Assembly: GCF_000195955.2 (NCBI RefSeq)
Contig: NC_000962.3
Location: 780,001 to 812,000 of the forward strand
DNA: 32,000 nt
Direction: 5' to 3'
Source: Mycobacterium tuberculosis H37Rv
Lineage (GTDB): Bacteria > Actinomycetota > Actinomycetes > Mycobacteriales > Mycobacteriaceae
In this document: positions 12,161-22,435 of the stretch, piece after piece
Layout of the letters: each line of letters starts with the position of its first letter
How positions within the stretch are numbered: position 1 is the first letter of the stretch
Position numbers and translations under genes: made by a program
The notes under the pieces: model-generated
Database searches by the model: none
Told to the model about the DNA's origin: nothing
Seen by the model: only the letters and a program-made list of their open reading frames with translations

Positions 12161-13332
12161 CGAGCCCCGTACCCCGACTCATCGAGCAGTTCGAGCGGGG
12201 GCTCGACGCGCCGATCTGCCTTACCTGGGAGCTGACCTACGCCTGCAACCTAGCTTGCGTGCACTGCCTGTCGTCCTCGGGCAAACGCGATCCCGGCGAG
12301 TTGTCCACCCGCCAATGCAAGGACATCATCGACGAACTGGAACGCATGCAGGTGTTCTACGTGAACATCGGCGGCGGCGAACCAACCGTGCGCCCGGACT
12401 TTTGGGAGCTGGTAGATTACGCCACCGCACACCACGTCGGGGTGAAATTCTCCACCAACGGGGTCCGGATCACCCCCGAGGTGGCCACGCGGCTGGCAGC
12501 CACCGACTACGTCGACGTTCAGATCTCACTCGACGGCGCCACGGCCGAGGTCAACGACGCCATCCGCGGCACCGGGTCGTTCGACATGGCGGTGCGCGCG
12601 CTGCAGAACCTGGCAGCGGCGGGATTTGCCGGCGTCAAGATCTCGGTTGTGATCACCCGGCGCAACGTCGCCCAGCTCGACGAATTCGCCACGCTGGCAA
12701 GCCGTTACGGAGCGACGTTGCGGATAACCAGGTTGCGACCGTCCGGGCGCGGGACTGACGTATGGGCCGACCTGCACCCCACCGCCGACCAGCAGGTGCA
12801 GCTTTACGACTGGCTGGTTTCCAAAGGAGAGCGGGTGCTCACCGGCGATTCCTTCTTCCACCTGGCGCCGCTCGGCCAGTCGGGGGCTCTGGCCGGCTTG
12901 AACATGTGCGGAGCCGGGCGGGTAGTGTGCCTGATCGACCCGGTGGGTGACGTGTATGCGTGCCCATTCGCCATTCATGACCACTTCTTAGCCGGAAACG
13001 TGTTGTCCGACGGCGGATTTCAAAATGTCTGGAAGAACTCGTCGCTGTTTCGCGAGCTCCGGGAGCCCCAGTCCGCAGGCGCCTGTGGCAGCTGCGGACA
13101 CTACGACAGCTGCCGGGGCGGCTGCATGGCGGCGAAATTCTTCACCGGCCTGCCGCTGGACGGGCCGGATCCCGAATGCGTGCAAGGCCATAGCGAGCCG
13201 GCGCTGGCGCGCGAGCGCCACCTACCGCGGCCCCGCGCCGACCACTCCCGCGGTCGGCGCGTCAGCAAACCGGTGCCCCTGACGCTGTCGATGCGGCCAC
13301 CCAAGCGCCCGTGCAATGAAAGTCCGGTGTAG
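12157..13332 (+). CDS. mftC: Mycofactocin radical SAM maturase MftC
   Basis: 391 aa; radical-SAM motif [24 protein letters not shown]-type C-terminal cysteines [14 protein letters not shown]. Confidence 0.97.
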
Positions 13333-13334
13333 CC

Positions 13335-14525
13335 GTGGCCGAAGCGTGGTTTGAAACGGTAGCCATCGCGCAGCAACGCGCGAAGCGGAGGCTGCCGAAA
13401 TCGGTTTACTCGTCCCTGATTGCGGCCAGTGAAAAGGGAATCACGGTCGCCGACAATGTCGCAGCATTCAGCGAGCTCGGGTTCGCGCCGCACGTCATCG
13501 GGGCGACAGATAAACGTGACTTGTCGACGACCGTTATGGGGCAAGAAGTTTCGTTGCCAGTGATTATTTCGCCGACCGGTGTTCAGGCGGTCGATCCCGG
13601 CGGTGAAGTCGCCGTCGCGCGGGCCGCGGCCGCCCGGGGTACTGTGATGGGATTGTCCTCGTTTGCCAGCAAGCCGATCGAGGAGGTCATTGCCGCCAAC
13701 CCCAAGACCTTCTTCCAGGTCTACTGGCAGGGCGGGCGCGACGCGCTCGCTGAACGCGTCGAACGGGCGCGGCAGGCCGGCGCGGTCGGCCTGGTCGTCA
13801 CCACCGACTGGACGTTCTCGCACGGGCGCGACTGGGGCAGCCCCAAGATCCCCGAAGAGATGAACTTGAAGACCATCCTGCGGCTATCCCCGGAGGCGAT
13901 CACCCGGCCGAGGTGGTTGTGGAAGTTCGCCAAGACGCTACGGCCACCGGACCTACGGGTGCCCAACCAGGGCCGGCGCGGCGAGCCCGGCCCACCGTTC
14001 TTCGCAGCCTACGGCGAATGGATGGCAACACCTCCGCCGACCTGGGAAGATATCGGCTGGCTGCGCGAACTGTGGGGCGGACCGTTCATGCTCAAGGGCG
14101 TCATGCGGGTCGACGATGCCAAAAGAGCTGTGGATGCCGGGGTTTCGGCGATCTCGGTATCCAACCATGGTGGCAACAATTTGGATGGGACGCCAGCATC
14201 GATCCGGGCCCTGCCCGCGGTCTCGGCGGCGGTCGGCGATCAGGTCGAAGTGTTGCTCGACGGCGGCATCCGGCGGGGCAGCGATGTCGTCAAGGCGGTG
14301 GCGCTGGGCGCGCGCGCGGTAATGATTGGTCGCGCTTACCTGTGGGGCTTGGCCGCCAACGGCCAAGCCGGGGTCGAGAATGTACTCGACATCCTGCGCG
14401 GTGGTATCGACTCGGCTCTGATGGGTCTCGGGCATGCCTCTGTCCATGACCTCAGCCCAGCCGACATCCTCGTTCCCACCGGGTTCATCCGCGACCTGGG
14501 TGTGCCCTCCCGACGGGACGTTTAG
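13335..14525 (+). CDS. mftD: FMN-dependent alpha-hydroxy-acid dehydrogenase-like MftD
   Basis: 396 aa; GLSSFASKPIEEV, KGVMRVDDAKRAVDAGVSAISVSNHGGNNLDGTPASIRALPAV, LDGGIRRGSDVVKAVALGARAVMIGR. Confidence 0.95.
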   Translation: MAEAWFETVAIAQQRAKRRLPKSVYSSLIAASEKGITVADNVAAFSELGFAPHVIGATDKRDLSTTVMGQEVSLPVIISPTGVQAVDPGGEVAVARAAAARGTVMGLSSFASKPIEEVIAANPKTFFQVYWQGGRDALAERVERARQAGAVGLVVTTDWTFSHGRDWGSPKIPEEMNLKTILRLSPEAITRPRWLWKFAKTLRPPDLRVPNQGRRGEPGPPFFAAYGEWMATPPPTWEDIGWLRELWGGPFMLKGVMRVDDAKRAVDAGVSAISVSNHGGNNLDGTPASIRALPAVSAAVGDQVEVLLDGGIRRGSDVVKAVALGARAVMIGRAYLWGLAANGQAGVENVLDILRGGIDSALMGLGHASVHDLSPADILVPTGFIRDLGVPSRRDV

Positions 14526-14714
14526 CCGGATGTTGAGCTGGGCCCAAATTGGGGTTGGCCCTCCCATTACCACAGAGATGCTCGCGACGGAATGACGTTT
14601 TTAGAAATTCTGATACGGGCGTGGCAGCCGTGGCGGGCGAGCAGGATGTGTGGCCGGTAAGTCATCACGACGAAAAAAATTTCGGTAGAAGACATAACAA
14701 TTGGTGCACGCCAG

Positions 14715-15470
14715 GTGAATTCGTCCTACCATCGGCGAGTGCCGGTAGTCGGGGAACTCGGGAGTGCGACGTCGAGCCAGCTACCAAGCACGTCGCCGTC
14801 GATAGTGATCCCGCTGGGGTCCACCGAGCAGCACGGTCCCCACCTGCCGTTAGATACCGATACCCGGATCGCGACCGCCGTGGCCCGGACCGTCACCGCG
14901 AGGCTGCACGCCGAGGACCTGCCCATTGCTCAGGAGGAATGGCTGATGGCGCCCGCCATTGCCTACGGCGCCAGCGGCGAACACCAGCGTTTCGCTGGAA
15001 CGATCTCTATCGGCACTGAAGCCCTGACGATGTTGCTCGTGGAGTATGGCAGGTCGGCCGCCTGCTGGGCCCGGCGCCTGGTCTTCGTCAACGGGCACGG
15101 CGGCAATGTCGGCGCTTTGACCCGAGCGGTAGGCCTGCTGCGCGCTGAAGGTCGCGACGCCGGATGGTGCCCGTGCACCTGCCCGGGCGGTGACCCCCAC
15201 GCCGGCCACACCGAAACATCCGTGCTGCTGCATCTTTCGCCGGCCGACGTGCGCACCGAACGGTGGCGCGCGGGTAATCGCGCACCGCTGCCCGTGTTGT
15301 TGCCGTCGATGCGCCGAGGCGGGGTCGCGGCCGTGAGCGAGACAGGAGTGCTCGGGGATCCGACCACGGCGACCGCGGCCGAGGGGCGGCGGATCTTCGC
15401 GGCGATGGTCGACGACTGTGTGCGCCGAGTCGCCCGGTGGATGCCACAGCCCGACGGGATGTTGACATGA
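14715..15470 (+). CDS. mftE: Creatinine amidohydrolase-family peptidase MftE
   Basis: 251 aa from GTG; IPLGSTEQHGPHLPLDTDTRIA, AYGASGEHQRFAGTISIG, FVNGHGGNVG. Confidence 0.94.
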   Translation: MNSSYHRRVPVVGELGSATSSQLPSTSPSIVIPLGSTEQHGPHLPLDTDTRIATAVARTVTARLHAEDLPIAQEEWLMAPAIAYGASGEHQRFAGTISIGTEALTMLLVEYGRSAACWARRLVFVNGHGGNVGALTRAVGLLRAEGRDAGWCPCTCPGGDPHAGHTETSVLLHLSPADVRTERWRAGNRAPLPVLLPSMRRGGVAAVSETGVLGDPTTATAAEGRRIFAAMVDDCVRRVARWMPQPDGMLT

Positions 15471-15527
15471 CCGCGCCGGCGACGATGCAGAGCGAAGCGA
15501 TGAGGAGAAGCGGCGCAGATGACCGCG
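15467..15527 (+). repeat. MIRU-like short interspersed repeat exactly at the mftE stop / mftF start junction
   Basis: Core ccggcgacgatgcagagcgaagcgatgaggag (15476-15507), flanked by direct repeats atgaccgcg at 15467-15475 and 15519-15527; same 32-nt core at 22437-22468. Confidence 0.85.
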
Positions 15528-16931
15528 ACCCGACTGCCTGACGGGTTCGCCGTCCAGGTTGACCGTCGCGTGCGAGTGCTTGGCGACGGCTCGGCCCTGC
15601 TCGGTGGCTCACCGACCCGGTTGCTGCGGCTGGCTCCCGCCGCACGAGGCCTGCTCTGTGACGGCCGCCTTAAGGTCCGCGACGAGGTCAGCGCGGAGCT
15701 GGCCCGCATCCTGCTGGACGCCACGGTGGCGCATCCACGGCCGCCGAGTGGGCCGTCACATCGTGACGTCACCGTCGTTATACCAGTACGGAACAACGCA
15801 TCTGGTCTGCGGCGTCTGGTGACCTCGTTACGCGGATTACGCGTCATCGTGGTCGACGACGGTTCGGCGTGCCCGGTCGAGTCGGACGACTTTGTCGGCG
15901 CACATTGCGACATCGAAGTACTCCACCACCCCCACAGCAAGGGGCCGGCCGCGGCTCGCAACACCGGGCTAGCGGCCTGCACCACCGACTTCGTGGCGTT
16001 CCTGGATTCCGACGTGACGCCGCGGCGGGGATGGTTGGAATCCTTACTCGGCCACTTCTGCGATCCCACCGTCGCACTCGTCGCACCTCGCATCGTCAGC
16101 TTGGTGGAAGGCGAGAACCCGGTAGCTCGCTATGAGGCCCTGCACTCGTCGTTGGACCTTGGTCAGCGCGAAGCGCCGGTGTTACCGCATAGCACAGTCT
16201 CTTACGTGCCGAGCGCCGCCATCGTTTGCCGGAGTTCAGCCATCCGCGACGTCGGCGGCTTCGACGAGACCATGCACTCCGGGGAAGATGTCGACTTGTG
16301 CTGGCGGCTCATCGAGGCTGGTGCTCGGCTGCGCTACGAGCCAATTGCGCTGGTCGCCCATGACCATCGGACCCAATTGCGGGACTGGATCGCGCGCAAG
16401 GCGTTTTACGGCGGTTCGGCGGCTCCGCTAGCTGTGCGGCACCCGGACAAGACCGCGCCGCTGGTGATTTCGGGCGGGGCGCTGATGGCGTGGATCCTCA
16501 TGTCGATCGGCACAGGCCTTGGTCGACTGGCGTCGTTGGTGATCGCGGTGCTGACTGGTCGCCGGATCGCCAGGGCCATGCGCTGCGCCGAGACGTCGTT
16601 CTTGGATGTGCTTGCCGTCGCCACCCGCGGGTTGTGGGCGGCCGCGCTGCAGCTGGCGTCGGCCATCTGCCGGCACTATTGGCCACTGGCATTGCTCGCG
16701 GCCATCCTGTCGCGCCGCTGTAGGCGGGTGGTGTTGATTGCGGCGGTAGTGGACGGTGTGGTGGATTGGCTTCGCCGCAGGGAGGGCGCCGACGATGATG
16801 CTGAACCGATTGGGCCGCTGACCTACCTAGTGCTGAAGCGCGTGGACGACTTGGCTTATGGCGCTGGCCTGTGGTACGGGGTGGTGCGCGAACGTAACAT
16901 CGGCGCGCTCAAGCCGCAGATTCGTACCTAG
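15519..16931 (+). CDS. mftF: Mycofactocin family-2 glycosyltransferase MftF
   Basis: 470 aa; N-terminal extension, then [63 protein letters not shown]. Confidence 0.95.
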   Translation: MTATRLPDGFAVQVDRRVRVLGDGSALLGGSPTRLLRLAPAARGLLCDGRLKVRDEVSAELARILLDATVAHPRPPSGPSHRDVTVVIPVRNNASGLRRLVTSLRGLRVIVVDDGSACPVESDDFVGAHCDIEVLHHPHSKGPAAARNTGLAACTTDFVAFLDSDVTPRRGWLESLLGHFCDPTVALVAPRIVSLVEGENPVARYEALHSSLDLGQREAPVLPHSTVSYVPSAAIVCRSSAIRDVGGFDETMHSGEDVDLCWRLIEAGARLRYEPIALVAHDHRTQLRDWIARKAFYGGSAAPLAVRHPDKTAPLVISGGALMAWILMSIGTGLGRLASLVIAVLTGRRIARAMRCAETSFLDVLAVATRGLWAAALQLASAICRHYWPLALLAAILSRRCRRVVLIAAVVDGVVDWLRRREGADDDAEPIGPLTYLVLKRVDDLAYGAGLWYGVVRERNIGALKPQIRT

Positions 16932-16932
16932 T

Positions 16933-18372
16933 GTGACTGCGGCGGTCCGGCATAGCGATGTGCTGGTCGTCGGTGCTGGAAGTGCTGGATCGGTTGTTGC
17001 CGAGCGTCTTTCCATGGACTCGAGCTGTGTGGTGACCGTGCTTGAGGCTGGCCCCGGGCTGGCCGATCCGGGGTTGCTGGCTCAGACGGCCAATGGGTTG
17101 CAACTGCCGATCGGAGCTGGCAGCCCTCTGGTTGAGCGTTATCGGACGCGGCTCACCGATCGACCGGTTCGCCACTTGCCGATCGTGCGGGGTGCGACGG
17201 TCGGCGGTTCCGGCGCAATCAACGGCGGCTATTTCTGCCGCGGACTGCCCAGCGATTTCGACCGTGCCTCGATACCAGGCTGGGCATGGTCTGACGTTCT
17301 GGAGCACTTCCGGGCTATCGAGACAGATCTGGATTTCGAGACGCCTGTGCATGGCCGTAGTGGCCCCATCCCAGTTCGCCGCACACACGAAATGACTGGC
17401 ATCACTGAAAGTTTCATGGCTGCCGCAGAGGACGCAGGGTTCGCTTGGATCGCTGACCTCAACGATGTTGGGCCGGAAATGCCTTCGGGTGTAGGCGCGG
17501 TCCCGCTCAACATCGTTAACGGCGTACGCACCAGCTCGGCGGTCGGCTATCTGATGCCCGCGCTGGGACGGCCGAATCTGACACTGCTGGCCCGGACGCG
17601 GGCGGTGCGGTTGCGCTTTTCCGCCACCACCGCGGTGGGTGTCGACGCGATCGGCCCAGGAGGCCCGGTAAGCCTGAGCGCTGACCGAATCGTATTGTGC
17701 GCCGGAGCGATTCAGTCAGCTCATCTGTTGATGCTCTCGGGCGTCGGCGAGGAGGAGGTGTTGCGATCCGCCGGTGTGAAGGTGCTTATGGCGTTGCCGG
17801 TTGGCATGGGCTGCAGTGACCACCCGGAATGGGTGATGCCGACCAACTGGGCGGTGGCTGTCGATCGGCCGGTGTTAGAGGTGCTGCTGAGCACTCATGA
17901 CGGCATCGAAATAAGGCCGTACACAGGCGGCTTCGTTGCGATGACCGGCGACGGTACAGCCGGGCATCGCGATTGGCCGCATATCGGGGTGGCGCTCATG
18001 CAGCCGCGGGCACGCGGACGCATCACGTTGGTCTCGAGTGATCCCCAGATACCAGTCCGCATCGAGCACCGATACGACAGTGAACCTGCCGATGTCGCGG
18101 CCCTGCGCCAGGGTAGCGCATTGGCCCACGAATTATGCGGTGCGGCAACGCGCATCGGTCCAGCCGTATGGGCGACATCGCAGCATCTGTGTGGTAGTGC
18201 CCCAATGGGCACCGACGATGACCCACGAGCCGTCGTCGACCCGAGGTGTCGGGTCCGCGGCATCGAAAACCTATGGGTGATAGACGGATCTGTCCTTCCG
18301 TCGATCACCAGTCGCGGTCCACACGCAACGATCGTAATGCTGGGCCACCGCGCGGCCGAATTTGTTCAGTGA
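16933..18372 (+). CDS. mftG: GMC-family FAD oxidoreductase MftG
   Basis: 479 aa from GTG at 16933: VTAAVRHSDVLVVGAGSAGSVVAERLSMDSSCVVTVLEAGPG; GATVGGSGAINGGYFCRG; C-terminal VIDGSVLPSITSRGPHATIVMLGHRAAE. Confidence 0.94.
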   Translation: MTAAVRHSDVLVVGAGSAGSVVAERLSMDSSCVVTVLEAGPGLADPGLLAQTANGLQLPIGAGSPLVERYRTRLTDRPVRHLPIVRGATVGGSGAINGGYFCRGLPSDFDRASIPGWAWSDVLEHFRAIETDLDFETPVHGRSGPIPVRRTHEMTGITESFMAAAEDAGFAWIADLNDVGPEMPSGVGAVPLNIVNGVRTSSAVGYLMPALGRPNLTLLARTRAVRLRFSATTAVGVDAIGPGGPVSLSADRIVLCAGAIQSAHLLMLSGVGEEEVLRSAGVKVLMALPVGMGCSDHPEWVMPTNWAVAVDRPVLEVLLSTHDGIEIRPYTGGFVAMTGDGTAGHRDWPHIGVALMQPRARGRITLVSSDPQIPVRIEHRYDSEPADVAALRQGSALAHELCGAATRIGPAVWATSQHLCGSAPMGTDDDPRAVVDPRCRVRGIENLWVIDGSVLPSITSRGPHATIVMLGHRAAEFVQ

Positions 18373-18662
18373 CTTTCGTCGAGTGGGGCGACCACAGCGG
18401 TCGCTGCCGAATGTGCATTTCGGTCAGGCATTGAGCAGGGGACCGAATAGCGTAGCTCCGCATCGGACTGCAGTCGTCAGGTCGACGATGATGGCGCTGA
18501 CATCGGAGGTGGGCCGCGGCCCAGGCTTCGCGGTTTGGCGGCCTGCGAAGAAGTGGCTCTTCTGACACTTCCGTGGGTGGACTTCTGGTTTGAGTAGGCG
18601 CACGTCGTTGTCGCTTAGGGTTTCTGGCTTGTCAAAGGACAGGACCAGCGCAGATCACTGTA

Positions 18663-18830
18663 GTCTTAGCTGATGCTGCCGCCCGGATTGCCGACGTCGT
18701 GGCCCAGCGGTGCCCCAACGCGGTCCGCCGCGTCGATCCTTTCCACGTGGTGGCCTGGGCCACCGAGGCTCTAGAGGCTGAACGGCGCCGGGCCTGAAAC
18801 GACGCGCGAGCGCCCGCCCGGACCCCGAGT
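18663..18830 (+). mobile_element. Remnant of an ISL3-family transposase
   Basis: Reads ADAAARIADVVAQRCPNAVRRVDPFHVVAWATEALEAERRRA-stop-NDARA, matching the DPFHVV..WA..AL block of ISL3 transposases with W->stop (tga) in the expected WNDAR. A GGCTCTTCT motif at 18555, like ISL3 termini, lies just upstream. Confidence 0.7.
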
Positions 18831-18899
18831 CATTGGGTCGCAGGGGTAACCGAAGGGTGCACGTTGACCGCGTGAGGCTAACCGGCACCGAGCGTGAAC

Positions 18900-19400
18900 T
18901 GAGGGCGGAGAATCAGAGCCCCCCGATTTTCCGCCCGCAGAACACGTTGGGCGACGGCGCCAACGGGCTGCCACTGGCCGTGTGCACCACGACGGCTCAC
19001 ACGTGCCACACTTCCCATACTCACCCATCGCGGTGGACCCCAAACCCAGTGCCGGCCACCAAGGGCGTCCCCGCTGGATTGGTGCAAGCAACCTTCATCA
19101 TCGAAAACCTTGACCCCGGCAACAACGACACGCCGACCCCCCCTACACCCAAACTGCGATTAGCCCGAAAACCTGGGCACCATAGGCGATCTGAATACGA
19201 TGCGGATTCGGTGCTGCGGAGAAAGGATACATCGCGCCGATGCGTCCAGGCGGATGACGTCCGATGCGTGCAGCTGGTCCAGGATCCGCGGCGCGGACGT
19301 GTCGAACTCGGTGGTTACCGCGCCGAGCTTACTGTTGGCCGACGGGCGGCGGTGAATTGCCAACGCCCGCAATATGGTGCGGATGGATGGCCCGTTCGGT
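18900..19400 (-). pseudogene. Decayed alkylmercury lyase-like (MerB-like) gene
   Basis: Minus strand frames: TILRALAIHRRPSANSKLGAV..ILDQLHASDVIRLDA (HTH-like N-terminal module), then frameshift to MYPFSAAPNPHRIQIAYGAQVFGLIAVW-stop, then WQPVGAV..VFCGRKIGG-like residues. Multiple frameshifts and stops. Confidence 0.55.
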
Positions 19401-19492
19401 TGGGTTGCGGGGTAGGCGGCGCCGCGCGAGGCGATCAGCGCTGAGGTCGGGAATTCACCTCCGGTCGCGGGAGTACAGCGGTCGGCTGGGGT

Positions 19493-19591
19493 GCCGCCGG
19501 TGTCTGTCGGGTAGAGGCGGCAGGACACGCTCGCCGTCAAAACGGCTTCGGCAAACGGGTCTTCGCCGTCGACAGGCAGGGTTGGTGATCC
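19493..19591 (-). pseudogene. Fragment of thioredoxin-like protein often adjacent to actinobacterial MerR/alkylmercury lyase genes
   Basis: GSPTLPVDGEDPFAEAVLTASVSCRLYPTDTGG, resembling the GSPT..VDG.DPF....SCRLYPT motif of that family. Confidence 0.5.
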
Positions 19592-19699
19592 CGGCCTCGG
19601 CGGCGACGGTCTGGTCATTGATTGTGCGATGGGTGATCGTCGTGTCGATCTGCTCGCGGCGAAGGACTCGGAGATCCGGCGCTCGATGGGGGCAGTACC

Positions 19700-20055
19700 G
19701 GTCGGCGCGGGAAGCTCGCAGGTGGCGACGAGTTGGGCGAGTGATCGTTGCATCCGCTGTCGGGCGGCGATTCTGTCGGCCGACTGTGCCAACTTGGCTA
19801 GGGCCAATTCGCGGGGCGGTCTGGCAGTCGGCGGGTCCGCTGTCAGCTAGCTGCAGCAGCTCCTCGATCTCGTCGAGGCTGAATCCATGGGACTACGCGC
19901 GTCTGACGGACGAGACCACCGATACCGCATCGGCGCGATACCGCGATAGCCCTGAGAACGACCGGGCCGGCGCGGCTAGCAGGTCCTCCGCTCGTAATAG
20001 CGCAGCGTCTGGCCGTTGATCCCAGCCCGCGCGGCAACCTGGCTACTCCGCATTC
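19700..20055 (-). pseudogene. Frameshifted MerR-family transcriptional regulator
   Basis: From ATG at 20055: MRSSQVAARAGINGQTLRYYERR, frameshift; then GFSLDEIEELLQLADSGPADCQTA (19815-19886) and LALAKLAQSADRIAARQRMQRSLAQLVATCELP in other frames. Confidence 0.8.
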
Positions 20056-20073
20056 CGCCATTCCGAACCCTGT

Positions 20074-20088
20074 ACTCGACTGTCGAGT
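20074..20088 (-). promoter_or_regulatory. Probable relic MerR-type operator/promoter
   Basis: Perfect 15-bp palindrome ACTCGACTGTCGAGT; on the minus strand CTTGACTCGACAGTCGAGTACAGGG, i.e. a TTGACT box followed by the dyad, 18-35 nt upstream of the merR-like start. Confidence 0.5.
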
Positions 20089-20486
20089 CAAGGGTGTGTG
20101 TTGTCAGTGCCGGGTCAGGTGCCGATAGCAACCGGCCGCCCGCCGCTGCACCCGAGCCAGCGGCGATTTGGCCGAAGCGGTGATCTGGGGCATACTGTTC
20201 AGGTTGCCCTGCGCCAGGTTTGCGTCTGGCCGGGCATACGACCAGCGCCCACACGGGCGCGTCCGGTCCCACCCTTGAAGCGCGACGATTTCGGCCTTGA
20301 AATTGATCGCGACAAGGCTGTGTGCGGGCGACACGCCCGAGCGCGGGGCCGGTGGACCTACGACAGGTAAACAGCGGCGCAGTATTCGGCGCAACGCTAG
20401 ATCGGTCCAGAAGGACCGGGTCGATCGGCGCGCCGGGGAGCACCGGACCCGGATACGGGCTCGAGTGGGAGTGAGGTAGGAGAAGC

Positions 20487-20792
20487 GTGGCGGGACAGAA
20501 GATCCGCATCAGGCTGAAGGCCTACGACCATGAGGCCATTGACGCTTCGGCGCGCAAGATCGTCGAAACCGTCGTCCGCACCGGTGCCAGCGTCGTAGGG
20601 CCGGTGCCGCTACCGACTGAGAAGAACGTGTATTGCGTCATCCGCTCACCGCATAAGTACAAGGACTCGCGGGAGCACTTCGAGATGCGCACACACAAGC
20701 GGTTGATCGACATCATCGATCCCACGCCGAAGACCGTTGACGCGCTCATGCGCATCGACCTTCCGGCCAGCGTCGACGTCAACATCCAGTAG
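20487..20792 (+). CDS. rpsJ: 30S ribosomal protein S10
   Basis: 101 aa; [68 protein letters not shown]. Confidence 0.99.
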
Positions 20793-20808
20793 GAGATTGG
20801 ACAGAGCA

Positions 20809-21462
20809 ATGGCACGAAAGGGCATTCTCGGTACCAAGCTGGGTATGACGCAGGTATTCGACGAAAGCAACAGAGTAGTACCGGTGACCGTGGTCAAGGC
20901 CGGGCCCAACGTGGTAACCCGCATCCGCACGCCCGAACGCGACGGTTATAGCGCCGTGCAGCTGGCCTATGGCGAGATCAGCCCACGCAAGGTCAACAAG
21001 CCGCTGACAGGTCAGTACACCGCCGCCGGCGTCAACCCACGCCGATACCTGGCGGAGCTGCGGCTGGACGACTCGGATGCCGCGACCGAGTACCAGGTTG
21101 GGCAAGAGTTGACCGCGGAGATCTTCGCCGATGGCAGCTACGTCGATGTGACGGGTACCTCCAAGGGCAAAGGTTTCGCCGGCACCATGAAGCGGCACGG
21201 CTTCCGCGGTCAGGGCGCCAGTCACGGTGCCCAGGCGGTGCACCGCCGTCCGGGCTCCATCGGCGGATGTGCCACGCCGGCGCGGGTGTTCAAGGGCACC
21301 CGGATGGCCGGGCGGATGGGCAATGACCGGGTGACCGTTCTTAACCTTTTGGTGCATAAGGTCGATGCCGAGAACGGCGTGCTGCTGATCAAGGGTGCGG
21401 TTCCTGGCCGCACCGGTGGACTGGTCATGGTCCGCAGTGCGATCAAACGAGGTGAGAAGTGA
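20809..21462 (+). CDS. rplC: 50S ribosomal protein L3
   Basis: 217 aa from [29 protein letters not shown]; upstream part of ORF 20737 is excluded because it overlaps rpsJ. Confidence 0.98.
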
Positions 21463-22133
21463 TGGCTGCGCAAGAGCAGAAGACACTCAAAATCGACGTC
21501 AAGACGCCGGCGGGCAAGGTCGACGGCGCTATCGAGCTGCCGGCCGAGCTGTTCGACGTCCCGGCCAACATCGCGCTGATGCACCAGGTGGTCACCGCCC
21601 AGCGGGCGGCGGCACGCCAGGGTACCCACTCGACGAAGACGCGCGGCGAGGTCAGTGGCGGTGGCCGCAAGCCCTACCGGCAGAAGGGGACCGGTCGTGC
21701 CCGGCAGGGCTCGACGCGGGCGCCGCAGTTCACCGGCGGTGGCGTGGTACACGGTCCCAAGCCGCGCGACTACAGCCAGCGCACACCCAAGAAGATGATC
21801 GCCGCGGCGCTGCGCGGGGCGCTGTCCGACCGGGCCCGCAACGGGCGTATCCACGCGATCACCGAGCTAGTGGAAGGTCAAAACCCGTCGACCAAGAGCG
21901 CCAGGGCATTTCTGGCCAGCCTGACAGAACGTAAACAGGTGCTGGTGGTCATCGGGCGCAGCGACGAGGCCGGCGCGAAAAGCGTGCGCAATCTGCCGGG
22001 CGTGCACATCCTGGCGCCGGACCAGCTCAACACCTATGACGTGCTGCGTGCCGACGACGTGGTGTTCAGCGTTGAGGCGCTGAATGCCTATATCGCGGCC
22101 AACACCACGACGTCCGAGGAGGTTTCGGCCTGA
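21462..22133 (+). CDS. rplD: 50S ribosomal protein L4
   Basis: 223 aa [33 protein letters not shown]..; contains [19 protein letters not shown]. Confidence 0.98.
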
Positions 22134-22435
22134 TGGCGACGCTCGCTGACCCCCGCGACATCATCCTGGCCCCGGTGATCTCGGAGAAATCCTATGGGTT
22201 GCTGGATGACAACGTGTACACGTTTTTGGTGCGCCCGGATTCCAACAAGACGCAGATCAAGATCGCCGTCGAGAAGATTTTTGCCGTCAAGGTCGCATCG
22301 GTGAACACCGCGAACCGGCAGGGCAAGCGTAAACGCACCCGGACCGGATACGGCAAGCGCAAGAGCACCAAGCGCGCCATCGTCACCCTGGCGCCGGGCA
22401 GCAGGCCGATCGACCTGTTCGGGGCACCGGCCTAG
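22133..22435 (+). CDS. rplW: 50S ribosomal protein L23
   Basis: 100 aa; [57 protein letters not shown]. Confidence 0.98.

Noticed and set aside
11667-12182. N-terminal extension of the mftR ORF to 370 aa
   Set aside because: Would run antisense through mftA and mftB. The TetR domain starts properly at 11666.
19264-20019. 251 aa plus-strand ORF (and the 203 aa and 73 aa ORFs nearby)
   Set aside because: No recognisable protein; lies antisense to the recognisable but frameshifted MerR/thioredoxin-like/MerB-like sequence, so treated as chance ORFs.
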